Source of the DNA: a virus
Lineage: Duplodnaviria > Caudoviricetes
IMG/VR virus record: IMGVR_UViG_3300026258_000007
Location: 1-47,499 of that record
Direction: 5' to 3' (one strand)
Length of the DNA: 47,499 nt
Shown: in pieces, positions 25,635 to 35,200 of the stretch
How the letters are laid out: the number at the start of each line of letters is the position of its first letter
Position numbering within the stretch: the first letter of the stretch is position 1
Translations under genes and position numbers: made by a program
The notes under the pieces: generated by a model
The model's database searches: none
The model's input: the letters and a program-made list of their open reading frames with translations, nothing else
What the model was told of the DNA's origin: nothing

Positions 25635-26329
25635 AACTAATAATAGATAGTAGAGAAAACTCGGAACTAACAGAGAAAGTAATTGAAAAGGCTCAAGAAT
25701 ATAATATTCAATATGAAAAGCAATTCATAGAGATTGGAGATTATGTTTTCAATGACGTTTGTTTTGAGGCTAAATCATCCTTTGATTTCCTTCAATCTAT
25801 TGTAAATAATAGGTTATGGAATCAAATGGATAACATGGATAGAGCCTTTACAAATAACTTAGTTATTGTTTACGGTTCTTTTGATTCTGCATTTAGAAAA
25901 CATTCTGATTACAGTAAGTCAACAATGAACAAAGCAACTCAAAGAGTTATACTAAAGAAAAAGTTCTATGGTGCAATGGGTAAAATTATACTCGACACTG
26001 ACTGTTCTTTACTTTGGTTTAAGGATGCATTAACTGCGGCTGACATGATAGCAGTTGTTTGTAAGATGCAACCACATGATAGGGAAGTTTATACTCCCAA
26101 ACTAGTAAAAAAGAGAAAAATTAGTACCGCAGACTTGCGACTTGATGTACTAACCATGATAAAGGGACTAAGTGAGAAAAAAGCAAAGATGCTTTTAGAT
26201 GAGTTCGGTTCTATCATGGAAATAGGAGAAGCAACGTCTAATGAATTGTGTGCATTAGATGGAATAGGTAGTGTATTAGCAAAAAGAATACATGACACAC
26301 TAAATAAAGAAGAAAAAATGGAGTTATAA
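25631..26329 (+). CDS. ERCC4/XPF (Hef-like) structure-specific nuclease with HhH motifs
   Basis: IIDSRE, GDYV...FEAKS..DF..S, C-terminal IKGLSEKKA and LDGIGSVLA. Confidence 0.92.
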   Translation: MKLIIDSRENSELTEKVIEKAQEYNIQYEKQFIEIGDYVFNDVCFEAKSSFDFLQSIVNNRLWNQMDNMDRAFTNNLVIVYGSFDSAFRKHSDYSKSTMNKATQRVILKKKFYGAMGKIILDTDCSLLWFKDALTAADMIAVVCKMQPHDREVYTPKLVKKRKISTADLRLDVLTMIKGLSEKKAKMLLDEFGSIMEIGEATSNELCALDGIGSVLAKRIHDTLNKEEKMEL

Positions 26330-26330
26330 T

Positions 26331-27905
26331 ATGAATAGTAAAAGAGAAGATGAATTGACAATAGATAATCCTGAATTGGAAGCAGAAATAGACAGAATGT
26401 ACTACGAATCTTTAGAAGAAGGTAAAGAGTACACTAAAACTAGTAAAATACCTAAAGTTGTAGAGAAATATGTAACAAGTGCAGTAGAAGTTTCATTAAA
26501 TAACGAAGTTCCTGCAATGTTATCATATTACAATCTGTTAGGACAGATATGCAAAGAGTTTGTTTGTATTCCATCAGGAAGAAGAAGGATAGATACTAGA
26601 TTACAAGTAATTGTTATGCAAACTAGTGGTACTGGTAAGACAGAACTGTATAATTTTTATGGGCCAATAGCAAAAGAAGTGTTTAAGCAGTTAAATGAAA
26701 GATATCCGGTAGAATCTAGAGACGATGTAGTAGGAGAGTATGGCTGGCAAAACGTTAGAACAGGAACTAGGTTTTCTGTTGCTGAGATTAAAGACACTAC
26801 GGATGCAGGTTTAATTGGTTCTATGGGAACAGAAGAACAAGTTGTAGTTGACGATGAAACAGGTAGAGAGCGAAGAGTAGAAGTTCCTGTACAAATATAT
26901 GGTGAATTAGAAGGTGGTGGTTTACTAGTTTATGATGAGTTTGCAGACTCAGGAATATTCAAACAAAGCCAACATCAGAACAAAGTTGTTTTGTATATTA
27001 ACACTTTTATGAATACCTTATGGGGTCAGAATTGGATAATTACCAAGAGATTACTAAAGGGTGGTCTAATGCAATGTAGAAGTAGTCGTTCAATGTGGGC
27101 TACTACATATATACCAAAAACATTGACCCATGCTATTACTGAAACAGGTGCAATGCAACGTTCTTTAATTTACATTAGAGAAGTTCCAATCAGTGAACAG
27201 AATTATGTTAGAAATAAAATAGCAGATTCTTATGGGGTTATAGACGATGCACAAACACCTATTGATGGTTTTGCAGGTTCTTTTGTTAAGATATATGAAA
27301 CACTAAAAAAGCACTATGAAGAAACAGGAGAAGACCCACTAAGAACAATTACCTTTGGTAAAGGGGTTAATGATGCAATAAAGAATGAAACTTGGAAGTT
27401 CCAAAACTTCGTACAAACTAGCAGACCTGCCGTTATGGAAATAGCAAACAACTTCATTACTAGAATGCAAGGGATGATGGTTAAGTTAGCAGTGTTATCA
27501 TGTATTGCTGAATCAGGAACTACCATTAGAAATAAAGAAAACCGCTTTATTGTAACAGAAAGACATGTAACTCAAGGTGCTTATATTACTCGACAATGTT
27601 ATAAATCGCTTGTATCGTGGCTTGACTTAGCACTTAAGGCAGACCACAAGAGTATTCAAGAAAGAGCCAAAGTAGGAGAGTTCAAAAAAGCATTCAGTGA
27701 ATTGGTTAAAACACCAAATGCTAGAGTGATGGATGGAGAAAGGTGGGTGAATAAGTCTATTTTGTTAGCACACGTTATGAAAACAACAAGAAGAGGACAA
27801 GCACAAGTGTATAGAAACTACAAAGAAGTATCGGAGCATTTTGATGAAAGACGAGAAGGCAGATATGGATATGTAAAACTGAAAAAGGAAGTGATGAAAA
27901 AATGA
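26331..27905 (+). CDS. AAA+ replicative helicase (MCM-related, divergent)
   Basis: Walker A QTSGTGKT, TDAGLIGS, Walker B LVYDEF, Arg finger GAMQR, C-terminal winged-helix-like region. Confidence 0.72.
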   Translation: MNSKREDELTIDNPELEAEIDRMYYESLEEGKEYTKTSKIPKVVEKYVTSAVEVSLNNEVPAMLSYYNLLGQICKEFVCIPSGRRRIDTRLQVIVMQTSGTGKTELYNFYGPIAKEVFKQLNERYPVESRDDVVGEYGWQNVRTGTRFSVAEIKDTTDAGLIGSMGTEEQVVVDDETGRERRVEVPVQIYGELEGGGLLVYDEFADSGIFKQSQHQNKVVLYINTFMNTLWGQNWIITKRLLKGGLMQCRSSRSMWATTYIPKTLTHAITETGAMQRSLIYIREVPISEQNYVRNKIADSYGVIDDAQTPIDGFAGSFVKIYETLKKHYEETGEDPLRTITFGKGVNDAIKNETWKFQNFVQTSRPAVMEIANNFITRMQGMMVKLAVLSCIAESGTTIRNKENRFIVTERHVTQGAYITRQCYKSLVSWLDLALKADHKSIQERAKVGEFKKAFSELVKTPNARVMDGERWVNKSILLAHVMKTTRRGQAQVYRNYKEVSEHFDERREGRYGYVKLKKEVMKK

Positions 27906-28162
27906 GTAGTAAAACGACATATGAAAACCAGTATTTAGTGTTTGACGCAAGAGATGGCCCAAAGGTAATTATTGAACAACTTAATGCCTTTGGACAAGAG
28001 GGTTGGCAACTCCAAACAATGCTAAACGTAGGAGAAACACAAATAGTAGCGTTTCTAACAAAAGGCAATGTAAAAGATGCACCTAACCCAAAACAATCTG
28101 AAGCACAGAAGATTGCGTCTCTATGGACAAGCGGGAACAAAGATGAAAAGGATGAGGAATAA
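27902..28162 (+). CDS. DUF4177-like small protein
   Basis: YE...IEQLNAFGQEGWQL signature. Confidence 0.6.
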   Translation: MSSKTTYENQYLVFDARDGPKVIIEQLNAFGQEGWQLQTMLNVGETQIVAFLTKGNVKDAPNPKQSEAQKIASLWTSGNKDEKDEE

Positions 28163-28759
28163 ATGAGTTCTGTTCTAGCAATTGATTTAGAAACAAAGAA
28201 CTTTTCCTATGAAATTGGTGGTTGGGATAATACCCACATGTTTTTAGTGTCAACAGTTTGTACTTGGGATGGAGACAAAGGCACAATATATATTGACAAG
28301 TCTGTTGATAGCCTAGCAAAAAGTAATGTACAAATCAAACCTCTTTCGCAATTGAAGTTTGATTTAGATGACCACTTTGAAAAGGGTGGCAAGTTACTTG
28401 GTCACAACATCAGAAACTTTGACTTGCCTGTACTGAAAAATGCAATGGATATTTATTGTATTAAAAAATATCTTGATAGTGAAGCATATATTGATACTAG
28501 TGCTATTCTTTCAAAGGAATACAAGGAAAGATATAGTCTTAACAATTTAGTACAACACACACTTGGCTCAGAAAAAATAATGGATAGTGCTGATGCACCT
28601 ATTGTTTGGAAAGCAGGTGGTTATTCAGAAGTAGCAGAATATTGCTTAAAAGATTGTGAATTGGTCTATGACCTATGGAAACATGGGGTTAACAACAAAA
28701 TGGTTAAAGGTTTCTCCCTAGAGGAAGAAATAGTAAAGGACTTGGGAGTTGAGTGGTAA
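28163..28759 (+). CDS. DEDD/RNase H-fold 3'-5' exonuclease
   Basis: LAIDLET, GHNIRNFDLP, YCLKD. Confidence 0.88.
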   Translation: MSSVLAIDLETKNFSYEIGGWDNTHMFLVSTVCTWDGDKGTIYIDKSVDSLAKSNVQIKPLSQLKFDLDDHFEKGGKLLGHNIRNFDLPVLKNAMDIYCIKKYLDSEAYIDTSAILSKEYKERYSLNNLVQHTLGSEKIMDSADAPIVWKAGGYSEVAEYCLKDCELVYDLWKHGVNNKMVKGFSLEEEIVKDLGVEW

Positions 28760-28921
28760 ATGGATACTTTTGAAATAATTGCATGGTTTGTTTTCGTTAT
28801 TGTTATATCTTTACTTTTCTTTGCAGCATTCGGTAATAGTAAATATTCCGAACAAAGCATTGAAGAATATATGGATAAACTAATTGCAGAAGAACGAGGC
28901 AGAGGAAATGGCCCTGCGTGA
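28760..28921 (+). CDS. small membrane protein (not in ORF track)
   Basis: 53 aa MDTFEIIAWFVFVIVISLLFFAAFG... Confidence 0.65.
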   Translation: MDTFEIIAWFVFVIVISLLFFAAFGNSKYSEQSIEEYMDKLIAEERGRGNGPA

Positions 28922-29045
28922 AGTTTGTAAATATTGTAAACAGACAACAATAGCAAGACGCATCAAAGGCGTATATGTTGGCAGTCTTGATGAAATCAAG
29001 ATATGGCAATGTAGAAAATGTAAAGCATTATGGTCGGATAATTGA
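28908..29045 (+). CDS. Zn-ribbon microprotein (not in ORF track)
   Basis: 45 aa MALREVCKYC...IWQCRKCKALWSDN. Confidence 0.65.
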   Translation: MALREVCKYCKQTTIARRIKGVYVGSLDEIKIWQCRKCKALWSDN

Positions 29046-29060
29046 ATCCGGCCATAGTGC

Positions 29061-29071
29061 CTCTTTTTTTT
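29061..29071 (+). terminator. oligo-T archaeal-type terminator ending the replication operon
   Basis: CTCTTTTTTTT, with the T8 tract starting 19 nt after the last coupled stop codon. Confidence 0.55.
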
Positions 29072-29120
29072 ATCGCAAAAATACCATCAAATCTTAAAAG
29101 CATACTCTCCATTATATTAA

Positions 29121-29219
29121 TAATAGAAATAAACTGTTATCTGTGAAAACCATAAAAGGTTAGCCAACCCCCTTGCCTCGGCAACAAAACTTTTCAAAAT
29201 TAAGTGTTTATTTCTATTA
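29121..29219. repeat. perfect 14-bp inverted repeat with 71-bp spacer
   Basis: TAATAGAAATAAAC (29121-29134) / GTTTATTTCTATTA (29206-29219). Confidence 0.8.
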
Positions 29220-29545
29220 AGTGCAAAAAGTAAATTAACCTTCGGTGTATTTTCTACACTTGTTGAAGGAGGCGGAAAAAAATGACATCTAATTTAATTT
29301 CGTTTTTACTTTCTATGTTTGAGTCGGAGGATGATTTTTTTGAGTAAACTCACCTTACCATATGACTTACTAATAGGCATTATTGCTTGGGGGAGGCTTA
29401 GATTGTAATTTGCAGTACCATTGCATTTTCAATATTTTTATTCGTGTTTAGGGGGGGTATTTAGTGGAAGAAAGAAAACACCATAATGGTTCATGTAAAA
29501 TGTGGAAAACATTCATGGCTGAAGCGTTTGAAGATTGGGATTAAA

Positions 29546-29674
29546 ATGGATGAAGAATATTGGGATGCTCAACTTGAGGGTTTTGAGAAGGTATTCAAAA
29601 AACCTATTTGGAGAGACTACTTAGAAACTCAACGAAAACTTATGGATGCTTTATTTGATATGGGTTTAGATTAA
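29546..29674 (+). CDS. small hypothetical protein
   Basis: 42 aa MDEEYWDAQL...; converges on the tail genes with a shared TTAA stop. Confidence 0.5.
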   Translation: MDEEYWDAQLEGFEKVFKKPIWRDYLETQRKLMDALFDMGLD

Positions 29675-29967
29675 CTCATCCAAGATGGAGCATTAGGAAA
29701 ATTATCGGCAGCGTTGTTAGCACCATCCATATCTTCTTCTTCATCTAAATAATCTGTAATATCTCTTAACGCCTGTCTGTATGTAGTTAATTCTGCCTGT
29801 TGCTCACTTGTAAGAGTATTATATCTATCAACAAGCATCCATATATCTGATATTTCTAGTTGTGTTATTCTTGCCATCAAAATTGTTTCCCATTGAAAAT
29901 CTCTCATTCCTGTTTCTACAATAGTTCCATCTTGATTATATAATGTATAATTTCTATCTAAAGCCAT
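29671..29967 (-). CDS. tail fibre assembly chaperone-like protein
   Basis: SD...L.D...LTTYRQALRDIT...FPNAPSW signature; GAGGTGA RBS. Confidence 0.75.
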   Translation of the reverse strand: MALDRNYTLYNQDGTIVETGMRDFQWETILMARITQLEISDIWMLVDRYNTLTSEQQAELTTYRQALRDITDYLDEEEDMDGANNAADNFPNAPSWMS

Positions 29968-29976
29968 TTAATCACC

Positions 29977-30621
29977 TCATACTATCTTTAATGTTATCAA
30001 TGGTAAGTTTGATTCTGATGTCCAAGAAATTGTATTATGTGTAATACTACTTGGTGGAGTTGAATCACCAATAACATACCAACCAATGTTCATATAATTT
30101 ACTCGTTGTTCTGCGGGTGGCATAATAGCGTGATGCTTTTGCCCCCACATTCTAAATGAGTTTGAACCTCCACTTCTCGCAAATAAACACCAATATATTT
30201 TATCAGCAGTTAATGTTACATTTGGGCTTACGTTAATATCTTTAGTACCCGCAGAAGCACAATCAAAACTTAATTCAAGAACTCTATTTGTTGGCATACC
30301 ATTACTATCAGATTCATATATTCCTACTTCAAACTTACAACCCTCTACACCAGTAGCAACTTGAATACTTGCCATTGATACATCACCACCAAAGAAAGAA
30401 TAAAACGGAGTTAATCTCCATCCGTAACTTGTAGTATTATTCCACGCCATAGAAGTGCTTAAACTATTATACCCACCATTGCCACAACTAAGATAATGCG
30501 CTCCTGTTGATGTTGAACTTCCTTTATCAAATACCCTATGTCCTATATCTACCGAAGGTGCGCTTGTACCATCATCTATTGTTCCATCTGCCTTTCTTCT
30601 TCTAAATGCTTGTCTACCCAT
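29977..30621 (-). CDS. tail-associated beta-sandwich protein
   Basis: VGIYESDSNGMP...VTLTADKIYW pattern; GAGGTGA RBS; tail cluster context. Confidence 0.6.
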   Translation of the reverse strand: MGRQAFRRRKADGTIDDGTSAPSVDIGHRVFDKGSSTSTGAHYLSCGNGGYNSLSTSMAWNNTTSYGWRLTPFYSFFGGDVSMASIQVATGVEGCKFEVGIYESDSNGMPTNRVLELSFDCASAGTKDINVSPNVTLTADKIYWCLFARSGGSNSFRMWGQKHHAIMPPAEQRVNYMNIGWYVIGDSTPPSSITHNTISWTSESNLPLITLKIV

Positions 30622-30632
30622 ATTTAATCACC

Positions 30633-32174
30633 TCATGGATGGCATACTGCATGTATGCTCCCTGCAAGATTCGCGGTTGAACCTTGCGTATTTTTAAATC
30701 TAATTCTGATATTACTACTATTAATGTCAACTTCTATTTCACCAATTGTTGCAGCCCCATCATAAATTATACCGTAAGTAGTATAATTAGCATTAGAACC
30801 ATCATAGTGACAAACCAAATCCATAGTTTGCACTTCATTGTTTGAAGAGTCTGTAATATGAACTGATGCTTTAACTGCCTTGAATGTAGCATGAGGTACT
30901 GCAAGTAAAGTAATATAGTTATTATTAGCAGTACTTGTAGCAGAAACAGAATTAGTTAGTGTTTTTATCCCTGTTTGATTATACACTAATCCTCCATAAG
31001 CACCACCTGTTGTACCATCCATTGTAATAATATCAGTTATAGCAGCACCAATAGTTGTTGAGAATACTAGAGAGCCAGTATGTGAACCTGCTCCAACGGC
31101 AACAGAAGTTGCTTCTATCTTAGCATAGTCCCTTGCAGAGCCACCACCATCTTCACCATTGAATCTGATAGAACCTAATCTATCACCTGCCGCCGGAGAT
31201 GCCGTGTTTCTATACATGGTCATTATTGGGCCTCTTGTAGCATCATCTTCGTTATCCATCAAAAGAAGAGTATGTGCGGATTCATCTCCATCAGTTTGAA
31301 CAACAGTTAATTGACCTGCTGATATTGGTTGTGTTCCATCCCCTACAACAACTGCTCCTGTAAATGTAGCAGTATCGTCTGATTGTGTACCAAATGTTTT
31401 GTCTCCGCCCCAATCAGCATTAAGAGCAGATAATACTTGAGCAGTTGTTGGTGCGCCACCTGAAACATCTTCCCAAGCAGGGGCAGAATTAGGCCCTGTT
31501 GAAGTTAATACTTGACCATCAGTTCCATAATTAGCACCACCAATACCTATTTGACCTGCATCGTGTATTCGTAATCTTTCAGTTCCATTAACAGTAAAAC
31601 CTACACCATTTGAACCACTTGGAAACATCCCTGTATTTCCACTTGCTACACCATTGAATGTATAAAATGGCTTACTCGCAGAATTAGAGTTACTGAAACC
31701 TTTAATTTGACCTTCACCACCAAAGCAGTTTAAGTTACTTGTTCCGCTTAATCCATGCCAACCTATATCTGATACGTTGATATTTAATGGATTACCACTT
31801 GCTACTGATACATCACCAATAGTTAGTTTAGTTAAATCCGTTCCATCAAATGTTGCTACTGATGTAGGTATTGCACCTAATGAGCCATTAGCATTATATT
31901 GTAATTGAGTATTTGAACCTGCTACTACTGCATCACCCACAGTAACCCAACCGAGATTACCACTACCATCAGTCTTCAATGCTTGACCAGTTGAACCATC
32001 GGCGTTAGGTAAAACCCATATCTCATCAGCAGAAAGAGCAGGGGCTTCAAATCCTACATAGTTAGAACCTTCATAGAATCGTAATTCTTTTTGTGTTCCA
32101 CTTTTACTTTTGATGGATAAATCACCATCTCTTACTATCAAACCTTTCTTAACCTTAAAGTCTGTATCTGCCAT
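30633..32174 (-). CDS. tail fibre protein
   Basis: Gly/Ser/Thr-rich; LPNADGSTGQALKTDGSGNLGW, GTDGQVLTS, ERLRI motifs; start MADTDFKVKKGL. Confidence 0.8.
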   Translation of the reverse strand: MADTDFKVKKGLIVRDGDLSIKSKSGTQKELRFYEGSNYVGFEAPALSADEIWVLPNADGSTGQALKTDGSGNLGWVTVGDAVVAGSNTQLQYNANGSLGAIPTSVATFDGTDLTKLTIGDVSVASGNPLNINVSDIGWHGLSGTSNLNCFGGEGQIKGFSNSNSASKPFYTFNGVASGNTGMFPSGSNGVGFTVNGTERLRIHDAGQIGIGGANYGTDGQVLTSTGPNSAPAWEDVSGGAPTTAQVLSALNADWGGDKTFGTQSDDTATFTGAVVVGDGTQPISAGQLTVVQTDGDESAHTLLLMDNEDDATRGPIMTMYRNTASPAAGDRLGSIRFNGEDGGGSARDYAKIEATSVAVGAGSHTGSLVFSTTIGAAITDIITMDGTTGGAYGGLVYNQTGIKTLTNSVSATSTANNNYITLLAVPHATFKAVKASVHITDSSNNEVQTMDLVCHYDGSNANYTTYGIIYDGAATIGEIEVDINSSNIRIRFKNTQGSTANLAGSIHAVCHP

Positions 32175-32235
32175 ATTATTCCACCATAACTTCACTTTCC
32201 ATTATGTACTAGTACTCCTACATTGTTTTACTTTA

Positions 32236-35200
32236 TTATGCTTTAGGGAAAAGTGTCAAATCCCAATAGACCTTAATTGCATTTGTAACATCTGCTCCTG
32301 TTACGTTCTTTATACTCAAAGTCATATCATCTCCACTTGCTTCATTCCATGAAACTTCAAATGGCATATCACTTGTTCCTTCATGAACAACACCGTAACT
32401 TATGAAGTCAAACTGAGCATTTCCATACCTGTCGTTAGCAATAAAGTCTTGAGTCATAACAAAGTTATCACTCGATAGTCCTGCATCAATATGTATAGTT
32501 CCTTTTATTGCTCTATACCCGCTTGTACCCGAATTAACCGTTCCGTTAGGTAATATGAAAGGAACGCTAAATGCACTACCAGTAGAAACGTTTGCTGATA
32601 AAGGATTTGAAGAACCTGTTACCTTAGTTATACCAAGTTGTTGTGCTGCATTTCCTGTTGTATCACCAGTATCACTATGAACCCTAGTTACATTACTCCC
32701 TCTAAAATTAGTCTTACCAGTACCGTTAGGACTAATAGTAATACTACCATTACTTACAGATGTTAATCCTCTAGCAGTTCCCGTTACATCTCCTGTTAAA
32801 TCACCTGTAAAACCTGATGAAGACAATATACCAGTGTTAGGATTGTATGATAGTCCTGTGTCTGTTTCTGCTCCCTGTGTTCCTGTTGCACCATCTACAA
32901 AGACAGGGTAAACAGTCTCATCTGTTGAATTGTTAGCGGAGACTGTTATGCTAGTTGCTAATGTAGCAGTATCAGCATTCCCAGTAGTATTCTGATTTAG
33001 TGTAGGAATGTTGTTTGCATGAATTGTAGCAGTACCGCTTATATCAGTATCCCATCGGTAGTGTTCTGCTGCCACGAAACCTGCTAGGCTATCGTGATTT
33101 ACTGCCGTAGGAGAAGTAGCATCGTAGTTAAGTGACCCATCAGCATTTGTAGTAATTCTACTATTTAACCAACTATTACTGCTTGTAGTTCCCGTTCCTC
33201 CTCTATTTACTGGTAGTGTACCACTACCAATTTTACTTGCATTCAAACTCGGTATATCACCTGCGACTAATGTTCCCCAAGAAGGTACAGCAGAAGCAGA
33301 ACCATTTCCTGTTTGTGTAAGGAACTTCTTTGTTGTAGTAGTGTTACCTGCTAGTAAAGCAGTAGTTGCAGAATCGGATTGATACGGTATAGAACCTAAT
33401 GCTCCCCCTGCTATGTGGGTAGCAGTAGTAGCCGTACTAGCATTTCCAGTTATATTAGATGAAGTAAGTGCTAATGTTCCTGTTGTGGATGGTAAAGTTA
33501 CTGTTATGTCAGAAGTAAGTCCTGTTACTCCTGTTAGTAGTGTTTCTTTATCTACATGTGAGCCTGTTGCGTTACTCTCAAACACAACTCCATTGCTTGT
33601 GCTTACAGTTTCTACATTATTGGTAGTTGTAGTTCCGGTAACAACTAAATCATTAGCAATAGTTATTGTTCCTGAACCTGCTGTACCAAGAGTATAACTA
33701 GCAACATCATCTAGTAGAGCAGTTATTTCTGCTGCTGTTTGGTCTGCTGTTGCCCCTGCTTCAATATTATCTAACTTATCATGATGAGTAGTTGACATTA
33801 ATCCGGCAATGCTACCAGTTGCTTCACCGATTACTACATTGTTTCCTGTACTACTTGTAATGGTGATTTGACCAGTAGCGGTTGTTTTTCCTAAGTTCGT
33901 TGCAACGTGTGGAGCATCGTTTGTTATTGTTAATGTTCCATCAGCACTTGTATCTGTTGAAATACTTGTACCACCTGCAATAGTTAATGTTTCACCTTCA
34001 ACAATAGTAGTTGCATTTGAATTAGAATCTCCTACTACAATGAACCCATCTCCCATATCCACTGTATCACTAGTAGAGTATGTTCCTGATAGGTCAGGAA
34101 TATCTGCCGCTACTAATGCTCTAAATGCAGGTGCGGAGGCACTACCTGTTGTTGGCCCTGCATATACAACATTAGCATTTGCATTTCCGGCAAGGGCAGT
34201 CGCAGTCGCAGCATTACCTGTTGTTGAACCTGAACTACCTGTTACGTTACCTGTTACGTCACCTGTTAATGCACCAACAAAACCACCACTGGAATGAAGA
34301 GTCTTATTCACTGATAATCTACTATCTGCATGAACCCACGTTAGAGTAGGAACAGTCCCACTTGACCAAGCACCAAAGGTTAACCCTGCACCATTTGTAG
34401 CAGAGGAAGTAGTAGCACCTTTACCCACTGTTATGTTTAAGTCTTCAACATCAAGTGTTGCCGTATTGAGTGTTACAGTATTTCCACTTACAAGTAAATC
34501 TCCTGTTACAGTTAAGTGATTACCTACTGTAATTGTTCCTGAGTTATCTCCAAGTGTATAACTTGCTACATCATTTAACAGTGCAGTAATCTCGGCAGCA
34601 GTTTGGTCATCAGTAGCATCGGCATCTCCGGTAAAGCCTAAGTTCGCTAAGGTTAAGTTTCTTGTTGCTATTGTAGCATTAGCATCTGTAACGTGACCAA
34701 GTGTATCAGTAGTTATGTTGAGGTCTAAGTCTGAAATGACGGTTGCACCTGTTAATGCAGTTGTGTCAATATCTATATCATCTCCATTATGTGTAGGATG
34801 AGTATAGTTATTCCAGTTTTGGTCGTTATTGAATTGGCCTAACTTAATCTCACTAATGAGTTTCCTCTTTTGGTTTCCATCATCCAAGTAAATTAGTTCG
34901 TCTGCACTACCAACAACATCATCTGCTCCATCTGCTAACTCTGCTAAATCAAGAGCAACAGTCATTGTAGTTAGATTGTTAGTGACATCTATTCCTGTAC
35001 TTCCTTGTAATATGAAATCAGCAGAACCACCTGTATCTGTTGCTTTAGCACCTGAACCTGAATCAGTTTGGAATGTTACTGCGGTTATATCCCCCGTAGC
35101 AGTTCCGAATCCTTGTGCAGCAATGTAATCATAAACTGCATTACCTGTAACTAATCCGCTTTCACCATCAGCAATTCCATTTGAATCATCACTTGCTACT

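Noticed and set aside
458-29009. Numerous short minus-strand ORFs in the ORF track
   Set aside because: They lie antisense to well-supported, translationally coupled plus-strand genes and lack RBSs or motifs.
32206-32215. Palindrome GTACTAGTAC between the fibre genes
   Set aside because: A single 10-bp palindrome is expected by chance in 47 kb, and no second copy was noticed.
33686-34608. Repeat pair in the fibre gene as a diversity-generating retroelement TR/VR
   Set aside because: Differences are mostly synonymous rather than adenine-specific, both copies are coding, and no reverse transcriptase is present in the window.
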